The notes: generated by a model from the letters alone, not told the origin. Shown: positions 40,955-51,470, numbered from the stretch's first letter. The stretch is DNA of 64,000 nucleotides from an uncultured Chloroflexia bacterium (GCA_963777975.1 CAVZSO010000009.1:193049-257048); one strand, 5' to 3'. Program-made: numbers and translations.

Positions 40955-41329
40955 TCAGGCATCCGGTTCGTACAGGTTGAGCAGGTTGCCGTCGGGATCA
41001 CGGAGGTTGGCGTACGCGCCCCAGGCCTCACGCCCGCGCTCGGTGAAGACGACGCCACGGCCTTCCAGCCGCTCGATGGCCGCCTCGAGCCCTTCGACGC
41101 GGAAGGCCGGCACGATCGCGACACGCTCATGCTCGACGGGCTCGGCGTCTTGCGTCCCGAAGAGCTCGAGTCGCATGCCGCCAGCGTCGAAGGCCGCCCA
41201 GTCGACGCCGGGCTCGTGGAGCTCGGGATCGGGATCCTCGTCGATCGAGCTCAGACCGAGCACGTCACGGTAGAAGGCGAGCATGGCCGGGAAGTCGGCC
41301 GTCGAGATGAGCACGATGTCGAGCCGCAC
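40955..41329 (-). CDS. VOC/glyoxalase family protein
   Basis: AFYRDVLGL, WGAYANLRDPDGN. Confidence 0.88.
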   Translation of the reverse strand: MRLDIVLISTADFPAMLAFYRDVLGLSSIDEDPDPELHEPGVDWAAFDAGGMRLELFGTQDAEPVEHERVAIVPAFRVEGLEAAIERLEGRGVVFTERGREAWGAYANLRDPDGNLLNLYEPDA

Positions 41330-41422
41330 GGGGGCATGGTCGCAGACGCGTCAAAGTGCCACGACGTCGCGGGCACGCCGCCACGGTCCGAGATCGGCTA
41401 CCGAACCAGCCCGGGCCGATCT

Positions 41423-41605
41423 TCAGTGCTTGTGGTCGTGCGGTCGCTCGTAGAGGTCGGCCTGCTGCTCGGTGTCGGACTTGTGCGTGTTCGACGGGCC
41501 GTCGAGGTCGCGCATGCCCGGGCGGTGACCGCCGACGAACATGTAGATGATCGTGCCGACCAGGAACAGGGCCAGGAGGAAGAGACCCACATAGAAGCCA
41601 GCCAT
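41423..41605 (-). CDS. Small single-TM hypothetical protein
   Basis: N-terminal TM helix; leaderless-type TACACT 6 nt before the ATG. Confidence 0.6.
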   Translation of the reverse strand: MAGFYVGLFLLALFLVGTIIYMFVGGHRPGMRDLDGPSNTHKSDTEQQADLYERPHDHKH

Positions 41606-41787
41606 GCGCGCAGTGTAGCGGCGCGCACGCCATGCAGGGCGTTGATCCCGCTCGAGATCGAGGGCGACGCCGGAAGCTCGGAAGGCGCGATGGACCTACC
41701 GCGAGACGCAGCCGACTGCTATCGTGGCGGCGCCATCGGAACGCGGATCGTCGCGCCATCCGTTCAGGCGACGAGAGAGGGAACCGC

Positions 41788-42172
41788 ATGAAGCGACCGA
41801 TCGGTATCACGCTGCTGGGCATCCTGTCCCTGGCGGCGGGCATCTCATTCCTGTTGCTCGGTCTCCAGCTGATGGGCGCCGTGACCTTCGGGCCGCTCCA
41901 GTCGGGATCGGGCGTCTGGGCCTATGGCCTGCTCGGTGACGCTCACCGGCCTCGCCTTCGCCGCCGCGGGCTTCGCGTTCTGGAGCCTCCAGCCCTGGGC
42001 CTGGCTCTTCGGCCACATCCTGGCCATCTTCGGCCTCCTGGAGGCGGTCCTCGTCTGGCTCTCGAGTGGAGACTTCGGGGCTGGGGTGGCGACGGGCCTG
42101 TTCCCGTTGCTGGTCCTCTGGTACCTGAACCGCGGGCCCGTCAAGGCGGCCTTCGGCCAGGCCGACGCCTAG
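41788..42172 (+). CDS. Small 4-TM membrane protein (MKRPIG family), frameshift at ~41935
   Basis: MKRPIGITLLG...FWSLQPWAW...LWYLNRGPVKAAFG; paralog at 48401-48949. Confidence 0.7.
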
Positions 42173-42400
42173 AACCACCGCCGATGGCGCGCTGATCGCG
42201 CCAGGATCTCGGGGCCGTCCGCGCCAGGTGGCGTCGGCGGCCCCGTTCGCTGTCCCGCCGTGCCCGGCGAGCGGCGGCTGGTGCCACATCTTCCCGACTC
42301 TTGACGCTGGTACCTGGCGGCACCACACTCGGGCCGAGGCGAGGCAGCGCTTGATGGCCGGCGCCTGACCGGAACCGAAGTCGAGGGTCGGGTACCCAGC

Positions 42401-43693
42401 ATGGGCTTGATCGTCCGCGCGGCTCGAGTCCACCCCACCGGCGGCACCGACGGCGACCTCGTCGACATCCGCATCGACGACGGCTTCATCATGGCCATTC
42501 GGCCGATGGGCGTCCTGCAAGCCAGCGGCGAGGACCGGGTCATCGAGGCGGACGGCCGATTGTGCTCACCCCCTCTGGTCGACCCACACGTCCACCTCGA
42601 CGCCGTGCTGACCGTGGGCGAGCCGCGCTACAACGTGTCCGGTACGCTCATCGAGGGCATCCAGACCTGGGCCGAGCGGAAGCCGACGCTGACGCACGAA
42701 GACGTCAAGTCACGTGCCCGCGAGGCGATCCTCTGGGAGGTCGCTCAGGGGACAGGCTTGATCCGATCGCACGTCGATGTCTGCGATCCGAGCCTGGTGG
42801 CCCTCAGGGCGCTGTTGGAATTGCGCGAGGAGATGCGGGACATCGTCGACCTCCGCCTCATCGCCTTCCCGCAGGATGGGGTCCTCTCGTTCCCGAACGG
42901 CAAAGAGCTGATGCGAGAGGCCATACGCCTCGGCTGCGACGTCATCGGCGGCATCCCGCACTACGAGTGGACGCGCGAGGATGGCGTCGACGAGGTGCAC
43001 TTCCTGTTCGATCTGGCGCGCGAGACGGGTCGGCCCATCGACCTCCATTGCGATGAGACCGATGACGATCAGTCGCGCTTCCTGGAGGTCGTCGCCGCCC
43101 GGACGATGCGCGACGGCATGCAGGGCCGCGTGGTCGCCGGCCACACCACAGCGATGGGTTCGTACAACGATGCCTATGCCTTCAAGCTGCTCCAGATCCT
43201 GAAGCGCGCCGGCGTGACCATCGTGGCCAATCCGCTCGACAACATCGTCCTCCAGGGCCGGTTCGATAGCTATCCCAAGCGACGCGGGATGACGAGGGTC
43301 AAGGAGCTGGATGCCGCGGGCGTCAATGTCGCCTGCGGACACGACTCGATCATGGATCCCTGGTACCCGCTTGGACGTGGCTCGATGCTCGACGCGCTCT
43401 CGATGCTCGTGCACGTGGCTCAGATGACCGGCCGCTCGGAGCTCTTTCGTGCCTACGAGATGGTGACCACGAACCCTGCCCGTGCCGCCGAGGTCCCGTG
43501 GGGTGTCAGCGAGGGGTCGCCCGCGAACCTGGTCGTCTTCGATTGCGCCGACGAGGCGGAGGCCATCCGGCTGCGCCCCGCGGCGCGCTGGGTCTTGCGT
43601 CAAGGAAGGGTGGTGGCAGAGACGCAGCCAGCGAGCAGCATCGTGAGCCGCGCAGACGGCTCGAGCGTCCCGGTGTCATACGTCAAACCGTAA
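42401..43693 (+). CDS. codA: Cytosine/isoguanine deaminase (bacterial type)
   Basis: DPHVHLD, IRSHVD, AFPQDG, GGIPHYE, LHCDE, GHDSIMDPWYP. Confidence 0.9.
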   Translation: MGLIVRAARVHPTGGTDGDLVDIRIDDGFIMAIRPMGVLQASGEDRVIEADGRLCSPPLVDPHVHLDAVLTVGEPRYNVSGTLIEGIQTWAERKPTLTHEDVKSRAREAILWEVAQGTGLIRSHVDVCDPSLVALRALLELREEMRDIVDLRLIAFPQDGVLSFPNGKELMREAIRLGCDVIGGIPHYEWTREDGVDEVHFLFDLARETGRPIDLHCDETDDDQSRFLEVVAARTMRDGMQGRVVAGHTTAMGSYNDAYAFKLLQILKRAGVTIVANPLDNIVLQGRFDSYPKRRGMTRVKELDAAGVNVACGHDSIMDPWYPLGRGSMLDALSMLVHVAQMTGRSELFRAYEMVTTNPARAAEVPWGVSEGSPANLVVFDCADEAEAIRLRPAARWVLRQGRVVAETQPASSIVSRADGSSVPVSYVKP

Positions 43694-43703
43694 GGAGGAA
43701 GGG

Positions 43704-45125
43704 ATGGCGACCGAGGTCCTCACACGCGAAGGGATGCCCACCCGCGAGGGTGACATGACCATCGAAGCGCATGGCATGGAGCCCATCCCCGAAGCCGCCC
43801 GCTACGGATCGGTGGGCCGCATCTTTACCGTCTGGTTCACTCCGAACCTGGTGCCGGCAGCGTTCGCCATCGGCACCCTCGCCGCTGCTGACTTCCTGCA
43901 GGTCGGCTTTACGACCGGTCTGGCGGCCATCATCGTGGGCAATCTCGTGGGCTCGGTCCTGGTCGGCTTGCTTGGCCAGATGGGCCCGGCGACCGGGATG
44001 GCCCAGATGCCCCTGGCCCGCCTTCCGTACGGCAAGAGCATCGTCGTCCCGGGCCTCCTGAACTGGATCAGCTGCATCGGCTGGGACGGCATCAACTCGA
44101 TCTTCGGCGCGACGGCGGTGACCATCATCGTGCCGGCCGTGCCGTTCTGGCTGGCACTCGTCTTCATCGTCCTGGCCCAGGGCCTGCTGGGCGTCATCGG
44201 CTATGAAGGCATCCACACATTCGAGAAGTACGGAGCCATCGTGCTCGGCGCCCTGTTCGCCATCCTGACCGTCGTCATCGTGCCCAAGGCCGGCACCGGC
44301 ATCGCACGCGTGGATGGCTTCGAGGGCCTCGATCAACTCGGTGCCTTCGTGCTCTTCAGCTCCATCACCGCCAGCTTCGTCATCGCCTGGGCGCTCTATG
44401 CCTCCGACTACAGCCGCTACCTGCCTCCGACGGCGTCTCGCTCGCGCATCTTCTGGTGGACCGTTCTCGGCCTGACCCTATCGGCGGGCTGGATCGAGCT
44501 CCTCGGTCTGCTGGTAGCCGATCAGGCCAAAGGCGGCGCCGTGCAGGCCATCAACGACCTGATGGGCGGCGGCAGCATCCTGGCCATCGTGGCGATGGTC
44601 GCCATCGTGCTCGGCACGATCGCGGTCAACGCCATGAACGACTACACGGGCTCGCTCTCGCTGCAGGCCGCCGGCGTGCGCGTCAAGCGGGTCTATTCGG
44701 CCGTGGTCGTTGCCATCCTCGGCTTCCTCTTCACGCTGTACCTCAATTCCGGCGACTTCTTCTCCAAGTTCGAGAACTTCCTGCTCTTCATCAGCTATTG
44801 GATCGCACCCTGGGGCGCGGTCGTCCTGGTCGATTGGTGGCTTCGGAAGCGCACGGCTGATCCTACGAGCCTGGTCGACTTCGCCAAGCTCCCGCGCGGC
44901 CTGCTCGGGCTCACGGCGCTGATCATCGGGTTCATCGCGTCGGCGCCGTTCCAGACCTCGGTGCTCGGTGGCGACATCGCGACTGCGACGGGCCTGCCGA
45001 TCAACACGGTGGCGGCCGGTAGCCTCCACTATGCCGACTTCGCGTACCTCATCGGCTTCGTGGTCTCGGCTCTGGTCTATTGGATCGGTGCGAGGGTCAG
45101 CCAGGGTCGCCAGACGAGCGCTTGA
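43704..45125 (+). CDS. NCS1 purine-cytosine permease
   Basis: GMEPIP, WFTPN, ASDYSRYLP, 12 TM helices. Confidence 0.9.
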   Translation: MATEVLTREGMPTREGDMTIEAHGMEPIPEAARYGSVGRIFTVWFTPNLVPAAFAIGTLAAADFLQVGFTTGLAAIIVGNLVGSVLVGLLGQMGPATGMAQMPLARLPYGKSIVVPGLLNWISCIGWDGINSIFGATAVTIIVPAVPFWLALVFIVLAQGLLGVIGYEGIHTFEKYGAIVLGALFAILTVVIVPKAGTGIARVDGFEGLDQLGAFVLFSSITASFVIAWALYASDYSRYLPPTASRSRIFWWTVLGLTLSAGWIELLGLLVADQAKGGAVQAINDLMGGGSILAIVAMVAIVLGTIAVNAMNDYTGSLSLQAAGVRVKRVYSAVVVAILGFLFTLYLNSGDFFSKFENFLLFISYWIAPWGAVVLVDWWLRKRTADPTSLVDFAKLPRGLLGLTALIIGFIASAPFQTSVLGGDIATATGLPINTVAAGSLHYADFAYLIGFVVSALVYWIGARVSQGRQTSA

Positions 45126-45221
45126 CCAGCGCGAAGCGCCTGAACGGCGCGAACGACGGGCCCTCGACGGCCTCGGTGCATACCACCGGGGCCGTCGCTG
45201 AGCCACGCCTCGCAGGCAGCC

Positions 45222-46097
45222 TCAAGCCGGCAGGACCGGCGGCTCGTGGACACGGGCCACCAGATCGAGCCCCTCCACCCACGCCGCTACCTCGGCGCAC
45301 GTCGCGATCCATAGTCCGTCGACCTGTCGGGCACGCGCGATGAGCCCCTCGAGGGCCGCCGCTCGGGACGCCCGACCCGAGATGAAGGGATGGTTCGTGA
45401 GCATGAATAGCCCTCCCTCGTCGACGAGCGCGGTCAGCTCGAGCTCCCAACGCGCCGTCACGTCGGCCGGGCTGGCGATGACCCCGGAGCCGGTGATGCC
45501 CGGCAGGTAGGCGTATGGCTCCCAGTCATCGAGGCTCCAATGCGCCGGGAGCTCGATGATCGTGGCTGCATCAGCGTCGGGACCGACGGCCAATCGGTAC
45601 GGATGGTCTGCGTCCATCAGGCCCGAGTCGTATCGGAATCCGTGCTCGGCCAGCAGACCCGGCAGCTCGTACGAGAGCTCCCACATCGGCGCCCGATAGC
45701 CCATCGGGCGGATGCCGACGACGGCAGCGAGCGACTCGAGCCCGCGCATCAGGCGAGCTTCCTGGGTCGCCCGATCGACACCACGCGAGCTTTCGTGCAG
45801 ATAGCCGTGGTGGCCGATCTCATGGCCAGCGTCGTGGATCGCTCGGATCGCCTCGGGCCATCGCTCGGCCGTGTAGCCAGGCACGAAGAAGGTGGCTTGC
45901 ACGCCCTGCCGCTCGAGCAGGCGAAGCAGTCGGGGCACGCCGGTTCGCGGCCCATACGCCTGATGACTCATCACGTCGAGCCACGCTGCGGCCTCGGGGT
46001 ATTCGGCCAGGATGACCGCCTCGGCATCGACGTCGAAGGTGAAGCAGGCCGCCGCGCGGATGCCGTCCGGCCAGCGAAAGCCGTCTGGCATGGCCAT
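45222..46097 (-). CDS. Polysaccharide deacetylase family protein (PuuE/PgdA-like)
   Basis: WPDG, FTFDVDAE, ATFFVPG, HEIGHHGYLH, GYRAP, HPFISG. Confidence 0.88.
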   Translation of the reverse strand: MAMPDGFRWPDGIRAAACFTFDVDAEAVILAEYPEAAAWLDVMSHQAYGPRTGVPRLLRLLERQGVQATFFVPGYTAERWPEAIRAIHDAGHEIGHHGYLHESSRGVDRATQEARLMRGLESLAAVVGIRPMGYRAPMWELSYELPGLLAEHGFRYDSGLMDADHPYRLAVGPDADAATIIELPAHWSLDDWEPYAYLPGITGSGVIASPADVTARWELELTALVDEGGLFMLTNHPFISGRASRAAALEGLIARARQVDGLWIATCAEVAAWVEGLDLVARVHEPPVLPA

Positions 46098-46150
46098 GCG
46101 CCACGTCTCGTAGGCCTTCCGAAGCGGCGGGTCGCTCGTCGGCCGGCCGG

Positions 46151-47098
46151 TCACCGTGCGATGCGGCGTAGCGCCGCCAGGGAGAGCATCTCGAAGGCCA
46201 GGTTCGCCGCCAGGAAGGCGGTCTGCCCAGCCGGATCGTGAGCCGGGATGACCTCGACCACGTCGAAGCCCACGAACTCGATGCCGGTCAGTCCGCGCAC
46301 GATGGTCAGCGCATCGTGCGCGCTCAAGCCACCAGGCTCCGGTGTGCCAGTGCCGGGCGCGAAGGCAGGATCGACGACGTCGATGTCGAAGCTGACGAAC
46401 GCGGGACGATCCGCCACGCGCGCGCGGATCACCTCCGCAGTGGCCGTCGCCCCCAGACGCAGCACGTCCTCGGTGCTGAGGTACTCGAGACCGAGCTCCG
46501 AGCGGAGGCCCGACCAATCGTCAGCCGCATACAGTGGCCCGCGCAGGCCGACCTCGATCGAGTGCTCGACATCGACGAGCCCCTCCTCGATCGCGCGACG
46601 CATCCAGGTGCCGTGGTTGTACCGCTCGCCGAAGTACGAGTCCCAGGCGTCCGTGTGCGCATCGAAGTCGACCACGGCCACCGGCCCACGCGTGCGAGTC
46701 GCGCGCAGGTGCGGCAGCGTGCAGGAGTGATCGCCGCCGACGAGCAACGGGATGACGCCGGCGTCGACGATGGGAGCGATCGCCGCTTCGATAGCAGCGT
46801 AGCTGCGCTCGATGTAGCCGGGCACGATGGACACGTCACCGTAGTCGACGCAGCTCAACACCTCGAACGGCGCCACGTCCAGATTCGGGTTGTAGGGCCG
46901 GAGCATGACGCTCGCAGCCCGGACCGCGTTGGGCCCGAATCGGCCCCCGACCCGGTAGGTCACGCCGGTGTCGAAGGGCACGCCGACGACGGCTAGGTCG
47001 ACGTCCTCCAACGTCCGAACATGCGGCAGGCGCGCGAACGTCGATGGTCCGGTGAATCGCGGCGAGGCGAGCGAGTCCTCGGGCCCATAGCGAGGCAT
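46151..47098 (-). CDS. speB: Agmatinase/ureohydrolase
   Basis: GVPFD, RFGP, GGDHS, DFDAHTD, SFDIDVVDP, APGTGTPEPGG, DVVE. Confidence 0.85.
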   Translation of the reverse strand: MPRYGPEDSLASPRFTGPSTFARLPHVRTLEDVDLAVVGVPFDTGVTYRVGGRFGPNAVRAASVMLRPYNPNLDVAPFEVLSCVDYGDVSIVPGYIERSYAAIEAAIAPIVDAGVIPLLVGGDHSCTLPHLRATRTRGPVAVVDFDAHTDAWDSYFGERYNHGTWMRRAIEEGLVDVEHSIEVGLRGPLYAADDWSGLRSELGLEYLSTEDVLRLGATATAEVIRARVADRPAFVSFDIDVVDPAFAPGTGTPEPGGLSAHDALTIVRGLTGIEFVGFDVVEVIPAHDPAGQTAFLAANLAFEMLSLAALRRIAR

Positions 47099-47254
47099 TT
47101 CGACCCTCCCCTGGATCAGGTCGCTCCACGGTCGGGCGGAGTGTAGCGGCCCGGCCACACCCACCGTGTGCCATGTTGATCGACCATCCTCAGATGAGGA
47201 CAGCCACGTGTCGCTGGACACCGACTGTCCACGTGCCACCGATCTCATGATATG

Positions 47255-47268
47255 GTTGACGTGTCAAC
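47255..47268. promoter_or_regulatory. Inverted repeat GTTGAC-GT-GTCAAC upstream of pirin; candidate repressor operator
   Basis: Perfect 6-2-6 inverted repeat about 54 nt upstream of the pirin ATG. Confidence 0.55.
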
Positions 47269-47321
47269 GACCACGGTTCGCGCCCCAAGCGCGGACAACG
47301 ACAAGGATCAGGAACCAGACT

Positions 47322-48275
47322 ATGCCCGCCATCACCGCCGACACGCTCAAGCTCCCGCACATCACGCGAGTGCGGCCGGACAGCGTCCCGCGGACCGTCC
47401 TGGGGACGGTCGATTCGCCGACTCGGCTCGAGGGCGAAGGCTTCCAGGTCCGGCGACCGTTCCCGGGCATCGACCTCTCGATCGCCGACCCGTTCCTGCT
47501 GCTCGACCACCTCGGCGCGGTCGAATACTCCCCCGGTGAGGCCAAGGGCGCCCCGGACCATCCGCATCGCGGCTTCGAGACGGTCACCTACATCATCGAC
47601 GGCGCCATCGAGCATCGTGACTCGATGGGCGGGGGCGGGACGATCACCGACGGGGCCACCCAGTGGATGACGGCCGGGGCCGGCATCGTGCACTCCGAGA
47701 TGCCGCCCGAGTACCTCGTCCGCCGCGGTGGGCTGTTCCACGGCGTCCAGCTGTGGGTCAACCTGCCGGCGACGCTCAAGTGGTCACCGCCGCGCTACCA
47801 GGACATCGAGCCCAGCCAGGTCGCCCTGCTTGCCTCGACCGACGGCGGCGCCCTGGTCCGCATCATCGCCGGCGAGATCGACGGCCTGGCCGGACCGGGC
47901 TCGACCTACACGCCGATCGCCTACGCCCACGCCACCATCCAACCCGGCGCCCGCCTCGACGTCTCCTGGCGACCCGACTTCAATGCGCTCGTCTATGTCC
48001 TGGCCGGGAACGGCAGTGTCGGAGCCGAGGCCGTCCCGATCCACGAAGGCCAGCTCGCGGTCTTCGGCGCCGGCGACCATATCGTCATCGAGGGCGATCG
48101 ACGCCCGGACGGCCCGACCGAAACGCTGGAGATCCTCATCCTCGGCGGCCTGCCGATCCGCGAGACGATCGTCTCGTATGGCCCGTTCGTGATGAACACC
48201 CGCGAGGAGATCATCGAGGCCATCCGGGACTATCAGGCCGGCCGCATGGGCCAGATCCCGCCGATCACCCGCTAG
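47322..48275 (+). CDS. Pirin family protein
   Basis: DPFLLLDH, HPHRGFETVTY, QWMTAGAGIVHSE, QLWVNLP, GPFVMN. Confidence 0.95.
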   Translation: MPAITADTLKLPHITRVRPDSVPRTVLGTVDSPTRLEGEGFQVRRPFPGIDLSIADPFLLLDHLGAVEYSPGEAKGAPDHPHRGFETVTYIIDGAIEHRDSMGGGGTITDGATQWMTAGAGIVHSEMPPEYLVRRGGLFHGVQLWVNLPATLKWSPPRYQDIEPSQVALLASTDGGALVRIIAGEIDGLAGPGSTYTPIAYAHATIQPGARLDVSWRPDFNALVYVLAGNGSVGAEAVPIHEGQLAVFGAGDHIVIEGDRRPDGPTETLEILILGGLPIRETIVSYGPFVMNTREEIIEAIRDYQAGRMGQIPPITR

Positions 48276-48400
48276 GCGCGCCGGGCGGCCGAACCCCGCG
48301 CAAGAGGCCGGAACGCGAAGAGACCGACCGGCTGGGCGCCGATCGGTCTCGAGCTGGCGTCGGAGCCTGACCGGCCGAGGGCCGGTGCTCCAAACCGCGA

Positions 48401-48949
48401 CTAGCCGGCGGGCGGAGCCGGCGGAGCGGGCGGCGGGGTCTGGGTCGGGGCGGGTGCCGGAGCAGGTGCCGGAGCGGCCATCGCAGCGGCAGCCGCAGCG
48501 TTCGCTTCGGCGACCTTCTGCATCGCGTCGCGCTGCTCAGGTGTCAGGAGCGACATCTCGTGCTCGACGAAGACGTTCCGGACGCCTGGGTAATTGAGGT
48601 AGAAGAAGATCGCGAAGGCCAGCAGCCAGCCGATCGTTTCAGCTTCTGTCGTCGAACCATTGCCGAGGACCGCGAAGAAGCCAAAGATGATCGTGAAGAT
48701 GCTGATGAAGATGCCGAAGGACCACGCGTAGGCGCGGACGTTCCAGAAACCTTCAGCCACGTAGATCCAGATGGCGGCCAGAAGGATCGCCCAGAGGGCC
48801 GGTCCCCATTGAGCCTCGGGGAATGAGACTTCCTTGCCGAAGAACGTCCAATTGACGATGCCCAGGAAGACCAGGGTGCGCCAGATCTCGAACAGCGCGA
48901 GGAGTCCCGCTCCCAAGGCTAGGAGCGTGACGCCGATAGGTCGTTTCAT
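48401..48949 (-). CDS. 4-TM membrane protein (MKRPIG family) with Ala/Pro-rich tail
   Basis: RBS GGAGG; MKRPIGVTLL...GFWNVRAYAW...YLNYPGVRNVF. Confidence 0.8.
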   Translation of the reverse strand: MKRPIGVTLLALGAGLLALFEIWRTLVFLGIVNWTFFGKEVSFPEAQWGPALWAILLAAIWIYVAEGFWNVRAYAWSFGIFISIFTIIFGFFAVLGNGSTTEAETIGWLLAFAIFFYLNYPGVRNVFVEHEMSLLTPEQRDAMQKVAEANAAAAAAMAAPAPAPAPAPTQTPPPAPPAPPAG

Positions 48950-49222
48950 GAAGCGTTGAGCCTCCCTCGTGGTGTCCCTCGGGATCGGGGACCGCTGCGC
49001 TGAGCATAGCCGCCCGGGAGCCGGATTCCAATGCCAATCGGCACCATCTCGCCTGTCGACCGCGTCGCGGCCATGGCCGACGTCTATCATGCCGCTCGGC
49101 CTATCGAATGCCACACACCGCGTGTCGAAGGAGCGCCGGCGCGATGTCCCTGGAGATGCGCAGTCCGCCAGGGTTCGTGTGATCAGGCACCTGCGGTCGC
49201 GGGTCGCTCCTGACTCCTCGCC

Positions 49223-50897
49223 ATGACCCCTACATCGCGCGTCGTCGCCCGCATGCCACCGGAGATCCTGGGACATCGCCCGCGACCGGCAGAAGCTCGG
49301 CGTCCTGCTCGCCGCGATCATCGCCACGCTGGCGGCCGGACTCGATCCGCATGTCTTCGGCCCCTCGTCGCCGACCGTCCAGGCCGCGCTGCGCACGCGC
49401 CCCCAGATCGAGACGGTCTACCTGCTGGCCGTCGTCGCCCAGGCGGCCGGGTTCCTCATCGGTGGCGTGATCGGTGACCTGGGTCGGCGTCGACGCGTGC
49501 TCCTGATCGGACTGGGCCTCCTGGCCATCGGCGAGGCCGTGGCGATGGTGGGGGAAGGTGGCCCCCTCTTCCCCATCGGACGGGTGCTGGCTGGGGCTGG
49601 CGTCGGCCTTTCGGTGCCGGTCGCCCTGGCGTGGGTGGCGATCACCTACGACGGGGTGGCCCGTGCGACCGCCATCGGCTTCACGTATGCCGCCTATGGC
49701 GCTGGTGTCGGGATCGCGGAGACCCTCGTGAACCTCTTCGCGCAGTCGATCGGAACGTGGCCCTCGTTCGTCCTGGCGGGAACGGCGTGCGCTGAGCGCT
49801 CTCCTCATGGCGCGCCGATGGCTGCCTCGGGTGGATCGCCCTGTGGATGCGCCCCGCCTGAGCGTCGTCAGCAACGTCCTGTGGGCCTACGCCTTACTAG
49901 CCGGGACCGCCTCGCTCATCGCCGTCGGCGGTGGCTTCGTTCTGGCCGTCAGGCTTGCGATCCTGGCCAGCGGCGTCGCGGCGCTGATCGCCTTCTGGCT
50001 GGTCCGACGCCGTCTAGGCGCCAGCGCGAAGGGGCGGCGGTCCACGTTCGGGCGGTGACGGTCGCGCTCTTCGCGGGCGTCATCATCGCCTTCGCCCAGA
50101 CGGCGCCGCTGGCGCAGGCGCCGATCTTCTTCCAGCTCGCGAAGGGCTTCTCGCCGATCGTGGCTGTGCTGGCCATCGTGCCCATCATCCTTGCCCTGGT
50201 GCTTGCCGGGCCGATCGCGGGATGGCTCCTTACGCGACTGGAGCCGAGAGTGCTCATCGCCGGCGGGCTGGGAGTGCTCGGGCTCGGCGACCTCGCCGTC
50301 GCTCGCGCCGCGCCCGACACGGGCTACCTCTTCTTCGTCATCCCGTTCCTGGCCATCGGGGCCGGCTTCGTCATCGGGACGACCATCCGTACGGCGATCA
50401 TCTTCGCCAGCGTGCCGCGGCATCTGCCGGCCACAGCGGCGGCGCTCAACCAGACGTCGATCACCGTCGGTACGCAGCTCGGCCTGGTGGTCGTCACCTC
50501 GGTCGTGGCCCGGGTCGCCCTCGACACCTTCGGCCGGTCCGTCGCGACGGCGCTGGCTCCCGCTGACCAGCCGGCTGCCATCGCGAAGTTCACTGACCTC
50601 CTGAATGCCATCGGCACCAGCTCATTCGGGACCCTTGTCGGCGACGCCAGCCCGAGAGGCCTGGAGGCTGCCGGCAGCGCCTACGCCGCCGGCGTCAGCG
50701 CGAGCATGGCCATCGCCGGCGCGGCAGCCCTGATCGGGGCTGTCGTGTGCTGGTTCGGGATCGGCCGACGCGCTCGCTTGATCGCGGTCTATGAGCACGC
50801 CGACGAGCCCAAGTCCGGTCAGCCAGCGAGCGCGCTGGCTCGAAGCACCGACTCGCCGGCGGCCGGCGCTGCCAGAGTCCAGCCGACCCGACCCTGA
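49223..50897 (+). CDS. MFS transporter (DHA2-like), several frameshifts; start approximate
   Basis: IGDLGRRRRVLL motif A; TM segments alternate between frames (49467-49795, 49807-50040, 50040-50897). Confidence 0.75.
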
Positions 50898-51026
50898 CCT
50901 CCGCCGTTCGCGGTATAGTCGCTTTCCGCGAGCGAGCGCCCTGGCCGAATCGCCGGACATCTCGACGCGATCTGGCCCACCTCGTCGACCGACATGCCTG
51001 ACGAGACCCTGCACAGGAGGCGCACC

Positions 51027-51470
51027 ATGACCCTTGGACCGTTGGAGTACACGGTCATCGGCTTCCGTGATAACGAGCATTTCACCGGCAAGATCGCCGA
51101 GGAACTCGAGAAGATCACCAAGCGCGGCGTCATCCGCATCGTCGACATCGTCTTCGTGGCCAAGGCGAACGACGGCGAGATCGCCATCATCGAGGCCGAC
51201 GGCCTCGACCAGAAGGCTTTCGCGGCCCTGCAGCCGGCCCTGCAGGATCACATGGGCCTCTTGACGGCCGAGGACGTGGCCAACCTGGCGATGGACATCC
51301 CCGCCGGAACGTCGGCCATGATGATCATGTTCGAGCACCGTTGGGCCGAGCACCTCAAGGACGCCATCCAGGATGCCGGAGGCTTCCTCGTCGCCCGCGA
51401 GACCATCCCGCCGGAGATCGTGGCCGCCATCAGCGCCGAGATCGAAGCCGGCGCCGTCGTCGGCGCCTAG
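51027..51470 (+). CDS. DUF6325/DUF1269-like protein
   Basis: RBS AGGAGG; GPLEYTVIGF, GVIRIVDIVFVAK, LLTAEDV, FEHRWA, RETIP. Confidence 0.8.
   Translation: MTLGPLEYTVIGFRDNEHFTGKIAEELEKITKRGVIRIVDIVFVAKANDGEIAIIEADGLDQKAFAALQPALQDHMGLLTAEDVANLAMDIPAGTSAMMIMFEHRWAEHLKDAIQDAGGFLVARETIPPEIVAAISAEIEAGAVVGA

Noticed and set aside
47099-47250. Guanidine riboswitch upstream of agmatinase
   Set aside because: No ykkC, paired ACGR-loop or ykkC-III consensus could be seen.
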